The position numbers and the translations under genes are program-made. A stretch of 64,000 bases of DNA from a virus. Below the pieces are notes generated by a model that saw only the letters and a program-made list of their open reading frames with translations, ran no database searches and was not told the origin of the DNA. Of the stretch, positions 9,927 through 19,927 are shown in pieces. The DNA is taken from the IMG/VR virus record IMGVR_UViG_3300007276_000035, positions 1 to 64,000 of that record. One strand, given 5' to 3'. How positions within the stretch are numbered: the first letter of the stretch is position 1; every line of letters starts with the position of its first letter.

Positions 9927-11301
9927 AATAAAAGAATACACAGACGAAATACAAACACTGTTCTTGCAATTTTTAATTAGTGATCCTGATTTGTTTAGTC
10001 GGTGTTTGAACATTGTTGACTCAGAATATTTTAATCGCAAATTCAAACCAACAGTAGATCTACTAACATCACATTGTGAAAAGCATAACTCTATTCCCAC
10101 CATAGAGCAAATAAATGCAGTGGGTAGGTTAGACTTAGAGCTTATAAAGAATGTAACACCCGAACATCAAGATTGGTTCCTAGACGAGTTTGAAACTTTT
10201 TGTAGACATAAAGCATTAGAGAAAGCAATCATTGAAAGCACAGATGACCTAGAAAAACAGAACTACGGAGCAGTAGAAGAAAAAATAAAAGCAGCAGTTC
10301 AGATAGGATTAGTTAAGGACCTAGGACTAGACTACTTTGCAAACCCAAAAGAACGGTTAGAATGGATCAAGCAGCAAGCTGGCGCAGTTAAGACTGGCTG
10401 GCGTGACCTAGATTTTAAATTGTATGGCGGTTTAAACCGAGGGGAAATAACAATCTTTGCAGCGCCCAGTGGCGGTGGTAAAAGTTTGTTTTTACAAAAC
10501 CTAGGAGTTAACTGGGCACTAGAGGGATTAAATGTTGTATACATTACATTAGAATTAAGCGAACAGCTAATTAGTATGCGACTAGATAGCATGGTATCAA
10601 AATACAGTACAAAAGATATCCTAAAAAATATCGATGATGTTGATTTAAAAGTTCGTATGAAAGGAAAAAGCAGCAAAGGATCCTACCGCATTAAGTATAT
10701 GAACAGTGGAGCAACAGCAAACGATATTAGGGTATTCTTAAGAGAATACGAAATACAAAGTGGTATTAAAGTAGATGCTTTGCTAGTAGATTACTTAGAC
10801 TTAATGATGCCTATTAGTGCTAGAATATCTGCAGAAAATCTTTTTGTTAAAGATAAGTACGTCAGTGAAGAATTACGTAACTTAGCAATGGAGCGCAATA
10901 TATTACATGCTACAGCATCGCAGTTGGGACGAAGTGCAGTAGAGGAAGTTGAATATGATCATAGTCACATTGCTGGAGGCATAAGTAAAATTAATACAGC
11001 AGACAACGTTGTTGGCATCTTTAGTAGTAATGCTATGCGTGAACGGGGACGATTCCAGGTACAGCTTATGAAGACTAGGAGTAGCGCAGGCGTAGGTAGC
11101 AAAGTTGATTTAAAGTTTGATGTTGACTCCTTGCGTATAGAAGACCTAGAAGATGGTGCTGAAGATTCACAAACAGTAACAGCAAGTTCGCTTGTAGATT
11201 CACTAAAACGCAGCAAAACTATTAGTGCAGACGAGCCTGATGCTCAAGATGCAGTGTCGAATAGCCTACAACTCCGGGACTTTCTTAAAGATAGAAAGTG
11301 A
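9919..11301 (+). CDS. replicative DnaB/gp41-like helicase
   Basis: Walker A APSGGGKS, ITLELSE, VDYLDLM, ASQLGR, MKTR. Confidence 0.92.
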   Translation: MSEIKEYTDEIQTLFLQFLISDPDLFSRCLNIVDSEYFNRKFKPTVDLLTSHCEKHNSIPTIEQINAVGRLDLELIKNVTPEHQDWFLDEFETFCRHKALEKAIIESTDDLEKQNYGAVEEKIKAAVQIGLVKDLGLDYFANPKERLEWIKQQAGAVKTGWRDLDFKLYGGLNRGEITIFAAPSGGGKSLFLQNLGVNWALEGLNVVYITLELSEQLISMRLDSMVSKYSTKDILKNIDDVDLKVRMKGKSSKGSYRIKYMNSGATANDIRVFLREYEIQSGIKVDALLVDYLDLMMPISARISAENLFVKDKYVSEELRNLAMERNILHATASQLGRSAVEEVEYDHSHIAGGISKINTADNVVGIFSSNAMRERGRFQVQLMKTRSSAGVGSKVDLKFDVDSLRIEDLEDGAEDSQTVTASSLVDSLKRSKTISADEPDAQDAVSNSLQLRDFLKDRK

Positions 11302-11342
11302 TAAATAGTTATATAAAATTATAGCTACTTAGGAGTTATGTT

Positions 11343-11606
11343 GTGCGCAAAAGTAAAAGCATAATGGAAGAACTTAACCAGATATCTGTGTCTAGAGATA
11401 AAAATCATCTAGTTGAGAATCGAGGCGAGCACGTTATTAATAGTGCGATCCATTTAATAGAACAAATCGAAAAAAATTACGATCCTGATACCGCAAAAGA
11501 CCTCACAAATAGGCTTATCAATAGCATACGTAGCAAGGACGGTTCTAAGTTTAATCGAGGTATCAAAAAAACAATTAAGGAGTCCCAGAAAAATGAAACT
11601 AAGTGA
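11343..11606 (+). CDS. hypothetical late protein
   Basis: GATAAATA at 11300; AGGAG RBS. Confidence 0.7.
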   Translation: MRKSKSIMEELNQISVSRDKNHLVENRGEHVINSAIHLIEQIEKNYDPDTAKDLTNRLINSIRSKDGSKFNRGIKKTIKESQKNETK

Positions 11607-12093
11607 TATAGACGACACTATTTTATCTGAGTCACCGCTTGGCATAGGCGGCCGCGCATTGGATGCGGTAGCAGCAAAGATTCCTCACCGGGGAACAAAG
11701 CAAAAAGCTAAAGGAAAACAAGAAGCTAAAGCAGCAGCAATACAGTTACTAGACTATTATTATAAGCAAGCTGGCCGCAGCGGCATAAAAAGCAACACTC
11801 CTCGAACTATTAAGAATTTTCTAGCACAGTATAACGTTAACAGTGCTCTACTTGATGCAGCACTCGAAGACTACGTGGCACAGGGCGCCAGTGATGCAGT
11901 TGATCCTGAGGATATCAAGTTAAGCAAGTCGCAAGTAGAACATATATTTCTAGACATAGCGCAACAACACAGCTTTCAGAATAAAGAAAAAGCAACTAAG
12001 ATACCGTCTAATGTTATCGATGGTATTAAGAATTTAAGCCCAGAACAAAAAGATCAGTTGGTTAAAGTGTTAACAGGAACAAAGTTAGTATGA
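11593..12093 (+). CDS. putative internal virion protein
   Basis: N-terminus MKLSDI...ILSE. Confidence 0.55.
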   Translation: MKLSDIDDTILSESPLGIGGRALDAVAAKIPHRGTKQKAKGKQEAKAAAIQLLDYYYKQAGRSGIKSNTPRTIKNFLAQYNVNSALLDAALEDYVAQGASDAVDPEDIKLSKSQVEHIFLDIAQQHSFQNKEKATKIPSNVIDGIKNLSPEQKDQLVKVLTGTKLV

Positions 12094-12803
12094 AACTAAT
12101 TGAATTATTTCAGAAGCAAGGCAATGTAATTAATGAAGGTGGTAACGCTTTTCCTGATGTTACTCCCTTTGACCACAAGCACATTCCCGGTATTATGAAA
12201 ATACTTGACGGTGTATTAAAGCCAACAGGCACTCGCTCAATACAAATCGGGTCAGGCGCTACACCAACACCAGGTAAAGTAAGTGGCGACATTGATATTA
12301 TTGTTGATCAAGATACGCTAGCACAATACTTTAACATTAACGATGCTAAGTCTATTCGCAAAGCACTTCGTGCATTGTATGATCAAGCAGGGTATGACAC
12401 AAACCAAAGCGGCATAAGTGTACACGTAAGAGTGCCAATAGGCAACGAAGCACACCAAGCAGACATCATGGTAGTACCAAATGCAGAGCAAGTTGCAGGT
12501 TACCACAAGCATACTATCCCAGCAGATAGCCAATATAAAGGCAAGCACAAAATGATAGCAATGAGCAAACTTGCTAACAGCAAAGGCATGATGTGGAGCG
12601 GATTTCAAGGCTTGTTCAAGCGCGACGAAAACGGTAAGAAGGCTGAATTACTATCAACTAATTTAGACGAAATTGCATCGTACTTACTTAATCCTAATGC
12701 AACAGCAAAGGACCTAGGTAGCTTAGAAACTATACTAGCAGCATTGCCGCAAGATCAAGCAGAACATTTAAAAGCAGAACTAGAAGCAGATCCAAACACA
12801 TAA
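12090..12803 (+). CDS. pol-beta-type nucleotidyltransferase-like protein
   Basis: IGSG...SGDIDI...QADIM triad; N-terminus MKLIEL...INE. Confidence 0.65.
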   Translation: MKLIELFQKQGNVINEGGNAFPDVTPFDHKHIPGIMKILDGVLKPTGTRSIQIGSGATPTPGKVSGDIDIIVDQDTLAQYFNINDAKSIRKALRALYDQAGYDTNQSGISVHVRVPIGNEAHQADIMVVPNAEQVAGYHKHTIPADSQYKGKHKMIAMSKLANSKGMMWSGFQGLFKRDENGKKAELLSTNLDEIASYLLNPNATAKDLGSLETILAALPQDQAEHLKAELEADPNT

Positions 12804-13579
12804 TGGAATTCCAGCTAATCAATCAAGAGTTATCCGAGGCTCGTCTATTTCGCAGTAGTCGTAATTTTGGTTCTTTCGCTGGAGCAGATATTGCTAACAT
12901 GTTGTATCTTAATACTTTAAGTGTATATCTTATGTCAGAGATAGCTGCGTTACGCCCAACAGCACAAGACTATGCTAAGAAAACAGCGCAGCATGGTGGG
13001 TATGCTTTATTCAGAACACAAGCCACTGACATCTATATGTTGGCTTACCAGGTAATGCACCCCAACAACGATTACGCTAACTTGCGTGATCCAGTTAATA
13101 GCAAGCAGTTCCTAGATAAATTACAGTTCGCTGACAAGCGCCATATTATGTTTATGCGAAGTGTGTCTAACCAAGATGCAGGTCCTGGTTATGCACACAC
13201 GTTTATGCAACGATTAGAATCACAATTACGCATAACAGACTCGAGATACAAAAGCTGGCGTAGAGAAATAACTGGATGGGATCGTGCTTCTTCTGCTAAA
13301 CAAAAAGCAACGTTAAAGAAAATTGCTCAAGAAACAACACGGCTTGGAAAAGGCACTGGCCGCGGTTCGGAATTACTTGCTCCATTACAAAAGACTATAG
13401 CGCCAGCAGAGAAAGACGCAGTTAGTAAGCCAAGTGTATTAGCAAGAGCAGCAGGTGTTGCAGCAGGAGCAGCAACAGGTAGAAAAATAGCTAGCAGAAT
13501 TAAAGATACACCTACGTCTAAAAACATAGGAACAGGGATTGGTGCAATTGCAGGATATTTGGCAGGAAAAAGTAAATGA
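12803..13579 (+). CDS. putative virion protein with C-terminal glycine zipper
   Basis: LSEARLFR; GTGIGAIAGYLAG. Confidence 0.55.
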   Translation: MEFQLINQELSEARLFRSSRNFGSFAGADIANMLYLNTLSVYLMSEIAALRPTAQDYAKKTAQHGGYALFRTQATDIYMLAYQVMHPNNDYANLRDPVNSKQFLDKLQFADKRHIMFMRSVSNQDAGPGYAHTFMQRLESQLRITDSRYKSWRREITGWDRASSAKQKATLKKIAQETTRLGKGTGRGSELLAPLQKTIAPAEKDAVSKPSVLARAAGVAAGAATGRKIASRIKDTPTSKNIGTGIGAIAGYLAGKSK

Positions 13580-14040
13580 AAATACGTGATATTATATTAG
13601 AACAGGATGAGTCTCTAGCAGCACAGGTTCGGGACGAACTAGCTAGTAAGGTTGGTAATCCACCACTACCTCAATTTATATCACTACCGCAAGATGCTGT
13701 TCTAGCACGGTCAATGAACTATGCAGTACGACCGAATTTTACTATTGACTTAGCTGTAGATCAAGCAATTAGAGAAATACAGCAAGAAAGAAAAGATAAA
13801 TTAAATCGAGATAACGCACCAAAACCAAAAGAAAAAACACCTAAGCCTGACAGACCGTTAATGGACCCCGACAAGGCAGCAGCGCGTGACAGAACTAGAG
13901 TCGATTCACGCGGTAGAAAGTTAAAGCATCAACGTTATTATAACACGAAAACAGCAAAAAGTAAGGTTAGCCAGGCAGTGCAAAAGCGAGTAACAACGCC
14001 ATATGCTCGTGGTGCCGAATGGGCCGATAAGTTCTTATAA
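13576..14040 (+). CDS. putative internal virion protein, basic C-terminus
   Basis: N-terminus MKIRDIILE. Confidence 0.55.
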   Translation: MKIRDIILEQDESLAAQVRDELASKVGNPPLPQFISLPQDAVLARSMNYAVRPNFTIDLAVDQAIREIQQERKDKLNRDNAPKPKEKTPKPDRPLMDPDKAAARDRTRVDSRGRKLKHQRYYNTKTAKSKVSQAVQKRVTTPYARGAEWADKFL

Positions 14041-14115
14041 TTTGCTCATTTCGATAAATAAAGTTATACGCAAATAGAAATTTGCTATAGAATTTAGTTA
14101 ATTAGGAGATTTAAC

Positions 14116-14484
14116 ATGGCACAAGATAGAGTAAGCGGTACAGCACAAGCTGGCGCATGGTACGGATACAGCCCACTAGTAGTACAAGTTGCATGTGATG
14201 CATCAGGATTCCTTGCAGATTCAGTTGACGGCGACGGCGTCATCACTGAGCAGGGCTTCAGCAAAGCAGTAGCAACTTTAGAAACTTTTGGTTCAGTTGT
14301 TTGGTTGGGCGCTCAGTCTGACACAAACCTAGCAGCGATTGTTGATGGTCCATCTTTCAACAAAGGTGCAGCAGGCGATTACGCAGAACTAGCAACAGCA
14401 CTTGGTGCAGTTGTAGACGCAGGTAACGTTACTGTTACTACTTCAGCAGAACTAAACGGCGACGGTACTTTCACCCTAGCATAA
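14116..14484 (+). CDS. small structural protein, probably abundant
   Basis: Own late motif 14053, AGGAG RBS, biased codons, own terminator. Confidence 0.65.
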   Translation: MAQDRVSGTAQAGAWYGYSPLVVQVACDASGFLADSVDGDGVITEQGFSKAVATLETFGSVVWLGAQSDTNLAAIVDGPSFNKGAAGDYAELATALGAVVDAGNVTVTTSAELNGDGTFTLA

Positions 14485-14499
14485 GTTTTATAACTTATT

Positions 14500-14532
14500 A
14501 AAAAATCCTCGCATGATGCGGGGATTTTTTTT
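14500..14532 (+). terminator. intrinsic terminator, possibly bidirectional
   Basis: AAAAAATCCTCGCA/TGCGGGGATTTTTTTT. Confidence 0.8.
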
Positions 14533-14595
14533 GGTTGCTTGATCTCGATTTAAAAAATCTAATTATGATAAATACTCATATAAGAGGATTTTATT

Positions 14596-15000
14596 ATGTT
14601 ACCAAATAGAGCAGGAGCAATGCAAGCACACGAGGTTCTCACCGGAGACCTGGGATTTTACACATTATATACATCGTTCGATCTTACAGTAACGGGTGAC
14701 TACTCAGATAATACGCAAAAAGATTTTGAGAGTGTTATACAAGTAATGGCTTTACGAGCAATGCCAGTTATAATGAACAACCCAGTTGAACTAGATGGCA
14801 CAGGAAATAACACATTAGAAAATTTTGGAGCACCAACGTTAACAGGCGCAGGCTGGATTTTTAAGTTTGCATTTGAACGTGCTGATGTGCATACAATAGA
14901 AACACTAGTTGCAGAACTTGACGGTATTGTGCTTAACGCAGGTACTATAGATACGTCTAGTACAATAAATATGGAATTCACTAAACAGGATTTATTATAA
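14596..15000 (+). CDS. structural protein
   Basis: Late motif 14567; YTLYTSFDLT...WIFKF. Confidence 0.6.
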   Translation: MLPNRAGAMQAHEVLTGDLGFYTLYTSFDLTVTGDYSDNTQKDFESVIQVMALRAMPVIMNNPVELDGTGNNTLENFGAPTLTGAGWIFKFAFERADVHTIETLVAELDGIVLNAGTIDTSSTINMEFTKQDLL

Positions 15001-15003
15001 GTT

Positions 15004-15252
15004 ATGGACGAACAACCACAACCAAGAAAGTCTGAGATATTAAGTCCTGTGTTTGATGCAAAGAGCATGGAATCACATATTATCGCAGATATGCTTCGGA
15101 TCGAAGCACTAACAAGTGAAGTAAAAGAGTTTAAGCACGATACTAAGCTACGACTCGACAAAATAGAAGGCTGGGTGATTGGTATAGTGGGAGTAACAGT
15201 TACAACGTTAATAGCCACTGTAGGATCTTTACTCTTTAAGGTCATAGGTTGA
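15004..15252 (+). CDS. small coiled-coil protein with C-terminal transmembrane helix
   Basis: RLDKIEGWVIGIVGVTVTTLIATVGSLLF. Confidence 0.6.
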   Translation: MDEQPQPRKSEILSPVFDAKSMESHIIADMLRIEALTSEVKEFKHDTKLRLDKIEGWVIGIVGVTVTTLIATVGSLLFKVIG

Positions 15253-15551
15253 AACTAGAAGATATAAACGAATCGCAAGAGATGCTATTTGAAGCTAGGA
15301 TGGTCTGGCGGAGAACAGGAAAGAAAGTTGTTCGTGGCGTCCGTTGCACAAGTGGTAGACGTAAAGGCAGGGTTGTTTCTACGGCTAGCCAATGTAGTGC
15401 TCCTATTGACATGAAAAAGAGACTAAGTTTTAAGAAAACAAAAGCTAAGTTTGGCAACAGAATGATTAGAAAAGCAAAAAAAACAAAGCGCGTTAACCCG
15501 GCTAGCAGAAGATTAAAAACATTAAACAAGAGTACGAGACGTAGACGATGA
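15249..15551 (+). CDS. highly basic putative virion nucleic-acid-binding protein
   Basis: Acidic leader MKLEDINE...LFE followed by an R/K-rich body. Confidence 0.65.
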   Translation: MKLEDINESQEMLFEARMVWRRTGKKVVRGVRCTSGRRKGRVVSTASQCSAPIDMKKRLSFKKTKAKFGNRMIRKAKKTKRVNPASRRLKTLNKSTRRRR

Positions 15552-18500
15552 GACTGAACGAGTTTAGTAAAGAACAAGTTTCCGAGTATGGGATGACAAC
15601 CGGGTCTCCTACTCCAACAAGTGCCCAAGGCATGGGTACTAAAGCTAAGTCGTCAAGCCCGAGTATTACTACAACAAATACCTCCCCTACACAACAAAAA
15701 TCTAGCCCGTCTATTAACGGTTCTGAACCACCTGCTTCACCAGTTATTGCACAAGCAAAAGAACTTGAGGTAGACTTTGAGTACCCTGATGAGAAAGGTA
15801 ATGTAATTAAAGTAGTGAGTCCAATCGGCCAGGGAACAAACAAGAATGCAGTAGTAGTACAAAATCAAAAGACTAAAGAATTTTATACATTAGACCCAAC
15901 TGACAAAATTGCATTACCGCAAGTTGACCAAGTAGACGAAGACGTAGACGAGATTATAGGCCGCAGAAAAGAACACCTTGGTAAAAAGATTGGGCGTACC
16001 AGAAGCAAACTAAAGCGCCTAATACGTGCAAGTAAGTTTGACGAGCAAGTGGCTCCTATATTTGAACTTAACTTTAACAAGGCTGCTACTATTAAGTCAG
16101 CACTAGATGCCCCGATACAATGTGGATTCGAAGCTGAAACAGTATGGCCATTTCCTGATGCTGAAGATGAAGACGGCGCCTTTCTGGACGATTTAACTTG
16201 GAACGAGATACTTGATTTAGTTTGGGAGCAAGATGGTCGCAGTAGCTCTGCCAGATTAGAAACTAGATATATGGAGTGGGCAACTGAATCTGACGAGTTT
16301 TACTCGATTATGGATGACTTAATTGCTGATGAGGTTAATTCAGAAAAAGAAACCGAATATTGGCTTAACAAATATGCGGACGAGCAAGTGAGTTTCGAGG
16401 AAGCAGACGACTACAAAAATAATGTAATGAGAAACCTGGAAGCAGATAAAGATGAAGGTGATGAAGATGCCGACGACGAGTATAAAGAACGCTTGGATTG
16501 GGACGATGAAGCGTGGGCTCGAGAGTATATAGAGAACAACCAACGTGACTACGAAGATTGGTTGAGAGATGAGATAACAAATAGCAGCGATTTTTATAGT
16601 GATGCATTCGAAAAAGTACAGGAAGTGCTTACTCCCGAAGATTGGATGCAACAAGAGCACGGTACCTGGGCTAGCCTATTAGCAGACGAAGAAATATATC
16701 TTGTTAACGAAGACGCTAGCAACGGCTTAGAAGACGTAGAAAGATTGTTTTCTCCCTGGGCGCAAGACCATAGCAGATCAGATGTAGTCCGAACAGGTTC
16801 TTATCATAGCGGCCAGTCAGTTGATAACGACTATTGGAGAATAGAGGACGATTCTAGTATAGAATCTGACAGTGATCAACTTGGCGCAGAAATTATTAGT
16901 CCTGTTTATGATAGCCCGCGAGAAATGCTTCAAGAAATGAATAGCTTGTTTAAATTTTTTATGGAGGAAGGAGTAGAGACAAACTCCTCTACTGGATTAC
17001 ACGTTACAATGAGCATGACCTCACCAGGTGGTGAAAATGTTAATAGGTTAAAATTAGCTTTACTGCTAGGCGATCAATATGTCCTAAAACAATTTAACAG
17101 AGATTCAAACACTTACACTAAAAGCCAATATGATAAATTACAAAGTCAAGCAGTGCGTATGGCACAAGCAGCACAAGACGACGGCGTAGATGATCGAGAT
17201 CTCGGCTTTGCAACATTGGAAAAAACATTAGAGCGAGGAATAGATCCTGGCAAGTTTACTAGCATTAACTTCAAAAGTTCCCTGAACCAAAGCGGCAACC
17301 AACTAATTGAATTTCGAATAGCTGGAGGTAGTAACTATCACAAAGAATTTGATAAGGTAGCTAAGAGTGTTGTACGATATGCAGCAACATTGCAATCAGC
17401 ATACAACCCAGAAGCAGATAAGAGGGATTATGTTAAAGCTGTTTCTAAAGTTCTTACTCAAGGAAAAGATCCAACTGGTACTGAACTAATGAAGCACAAG
17501 AACACTAGCTTGCCTCAAACTCCGATGACATCGGCCGCTATTGAGTTTTTGAAACAGAGTCCAAACAGGCTTGATATGGTTGAAGTTTTGTCTCAAGCAT
17601 ACCACGAAAAGAAAACTGGAAAGACTGACGCAGCACAAAAAATGTTTAGTGAATTCATGCAAGCTATAGTGCAATTTGGCAGGAAGTCTGATGTTAAGTT
17701 AAGTAGTCAGATGGTCAGAGGTTTCCGTAGCGGATTTAAAGAATTTAGCGTAACACCTGAAGATTTATTGCACACCCTGCAAAGAAAATATTACCACAAC
17801 AAGCAAAGATACTACAAGGACGATGCAGATGTAAACCCAGTTGCGCAAACACAAGAAGCAGCAGCCGTATTGGGTAAGCTACTCATGAAAAAGATAGTAG
17901 CACCAGAAGATACAATGTATACCATCAGGTACAATTTCAATCAGCAAACTCCTATGATTAGACAAGGAGCATATCATGATCGTCAAGGAAACAAGAAAGA
18001 AGTTATACGCCCAGAAGACATCAAGGTGGTAGATAGAAACGATCATGATAATTTAGTTCGTGCATACCAGAACTTAGGCAAAGAAGGAACACCAGAAGCA
18101 GAACAAGCACAACAGTACATACAAGACTTCCAGAAGAAGTATGGCTTTCAAGTACCAAAAGATTATAGAGATACTAACCCAAATAGCTTTATCTTTGCTA
18201 ACAGCACAGACGGTGAGCTATCTAGACAACTAATAGACAATGGAATTAATTTAGTGAGAGAAAGTGCATTTAATCAGTTTGACAAATTGCCACTGCAAGA
18301 GCAATTGCAATTGCTTAGTAAAATAGACAAGAATAAAATAAACGAAGCCCACAAAAAGACACAAGAAAGTGCATTACCTGATCATAACGTACCAGACGAC
18401 TTTAAAGAACTAATGTCTAAGCCATTGCTTGCTGGTGACATTAAGAGACAAATGGAAGCATACTTTATACTTCCTGATCCTGCAATGTTGTTGGCATTTA

Positions 18501-19927
18501 GACAACAACGTGCAACTGCTGGTGACGACACCGATCTTCGTTCTGTACTTAAAAACTTTGCACAGAGACAGCTAGACCCTGCGCACCAACAACAAATTAA
18601 AGAGTCGCGCGGTGTAACAGCTAGGCAGCCAGGCGAGCAGTACGTTAATAATGCTAACCAAGAGGATGTTCTAACAGTTCAAGATATTACTTCTGTACCA
18701 GACAATGCTGAGGGGTTTGAATCAAGAGAAGACTTAGACACTGCACTAGACACTATTATACCGAAAGGTGCAACTCGCGTAAACGACAACATGGGCAATT
18801 CTGGTTCTAAAGCAGCTATTATCGCTTTGATGATAGACAAAGACAATAAGCCTCAGTACTGGGTAAGATACCTGCGAGCAATACCACCACAAGGCATCAC
18901 AGGTACTTGGAAAACTCTTAACGGTTACAAGTACACAAAAGGCGCAGCTCAAGAGACATTACCATTAAAGCCTACTGACGTGTTACCGCATGATAGATAT
19001 TTAAGCACCACGCAGATTGCAAACAACGTTAAGAAAAGTGTAGCAACTCAAGATGATAGTGTGTTAGAACAAGTAATGAATGATGCAGTTAAGTATGCAA
19101 GAACAAATAGCACAGCACCAATAAAAAATGGTGCACCGTATTTTAATGTAGTGCAAAAGTATGCAGGAGAATACCTAGGTCCATTGGCTCTCATTGATGG
19201 CGGCAATACTAGTGGCGATACTACTAAGATGCTTTCAGCTTACGGACTTAAATCACTTAAAGGCAGCAAAACATTGTTTCCAGGAGATACTGCATACGAA
19301 TTAGTTGACAGTGTTATACAAACCCCTAACGGTGATGAGATTGGTGTAAGTAGTAAAGCCCATGGCGGCGGTGGCGCTGCAAGTAGCCTTAGCGGTATTT
19401 CAAAACAACTTACGCCAGAAATAGAACAAGCATATCCAGTAGGATCCGAAATTATTCACATTCTCGGGCAAGCGAGCGCGTTAGAAGGACCACTCAAGGT
19501 TGCACAAATGTTCGGAATAATTTCCGCGCGTGATGTTAACGAAGTAATGGCTTTAGGCAAACAAAGCAAAAACTTAAAAGACATTAAATCACCAAAGTTA
19601 CGTAAACTAGTAAACACACAAGGTATAGGCAGAGATAGCTTAGATAATCCAGGATATCGCATATTGTACCACGTACTTACAGCAATAGTAAATACTATTG
19701 TTCCTGTAGTAAATCAGAACGCTGAGTTTACTGGGGCAATGAAAGCTGCATTAAATAACAATAACTTTGTGCAGCTCATGACCAAAGGAAAGAAAATTGG
19801 AAACGATATCACGCTAGACTACTACACAAAGTACCCAGCAGTATTTGAAGGTTCACCAAAATTATACAACAAAAGCTACTTTGCTACAGGGCAGAAAGGG
19901 CGACTAGGATTTAAACTACTAAAATGA
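15548..19927 (+). CDS. large multidomain protein with amidoligase-like (COOH-NH2 ligase type 2) domain and C-terminal possible nuclease-like domain
   Basis: GFEAE, EDDSSI, GAEIISPV, TNSSTGLHV, IEFRIAG; late VDS...IGVSSK. Confidence 0.7.
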   Translation: MRLNEFSKEQVSEYGMTTGSPTPTSAQGMGTKAKSSSPSITTTNTSPTQQKSSPSINGSEPPASPVIAQAKELEVDFEYPDEKGNVIKVVSPIGQGTNKNAVVVQNQKTKEFYTLDPTDKIALPQVDQVDEDVDEIIGRRKEHLGKKIGRTRSKLKRLIRASKFDEQVAPIFELNFNKAATIKSALDAPIQCGFEAETVWPFPDAEDEDGAFLDDLTWNEILDLVWEQDGRSSSARLETRYMEWATESDEFYSIMDDLIADEVNSEKETEYWLNKYADEQVSFEEADDYKNNVMRNLEADKDEGDEDADDEYKERLDWDDEAWAREYIENNQRDYEDWLRDEITNSSDFYSDAFEKVQEVLTPEDWMQQEHGTWASLLADEEIYLVNEDASNGLEDVERLFSPWAQDHSRSDVVRTGSYHSGQSVDNDYWRIEDDSSIESDSDQLGAEIISPVYDSPREMLQEMNSLFKFFMEEGVETNSSTGLHVTMSMTSPGGENVNRLKLALLLGDQYVLKQFNRDSNTYTKSQYDKLQSQAVRMAQAAQDDGVDDRDLGFATLEKTLERGIDPGKFTSINFKSSLNQSGNQLIEFRIAGGSNYHKEFDKVAKSVVRYAATLQSAYNPEADKRDYVKAVSKVLTQGKDPTGTELMKHKNTSLPQTPMTSAAIEFLKQSPNRLDMVEVLSQAYHEKKTGKTDAAQKMFSEFMQAIVQFGRKSDVKLSSQMVRGFRSGFKEFSVTPEDLLHTLQRKYYHNKQRYYKDDADVNPVAQTQEAAAVLGKLLMKKIVAPEDTMYTIRYNFNQQTPMIRQGAYHDRQGNKKEVIRPEDIKVVDRNDHDNLVRAYQNLGKEGTPEAEQAQQYIQDFQKKYGFQVPKDYRDTNPNSFIFANSTDGELSRQLIDNGINLVRESAFNQFDKLPLQEQLQLLSKIDKNKINEAHKKTQESALPDHNVPDDFKELMSKPLLAGDIKRQMEAYFILPDPAMLLAFRQQRATAGDDTDLRSVLKNFAQRQLDPAHQQQIKESRGVTARQPGEQYVNNANQEDVLTVQDITSVPDNAEGFESREDLDTALDTIIPKGATRVNDNMGNSGSKAAIIALMIDKDNKPQYWVRYLRAIPPQGITGTWKTLNGYKYTKGAAQETLPLKPTDVLPHDRYLSTTQIANNVKKSVATQDDSVLEQVMNDAVKYARTNSTAPIKNGAPYFNVVQKYAGEYLGPLALIDGGNTSGDTTKMLSAYGLKSLKGSKTLFPGDTAYELVDSVIQTPNGDEIGVSSKAHGGGGAASSLSGISKQLTPEIEQAYPVGSEIIHILGQASALEGPLKVAQMFGIISARDVNEVMALGKQSKNLKDIKSPKLRKLVNTQGIGRDSLDNPGYRILYHVLTAIVNTIVPVVNQNAEFTGAMKAALNNNNFVQLMTKGKKIGNDITLDYYTKYPAVFEGSPKLYNKSYFATGQKGRLGFKLLK

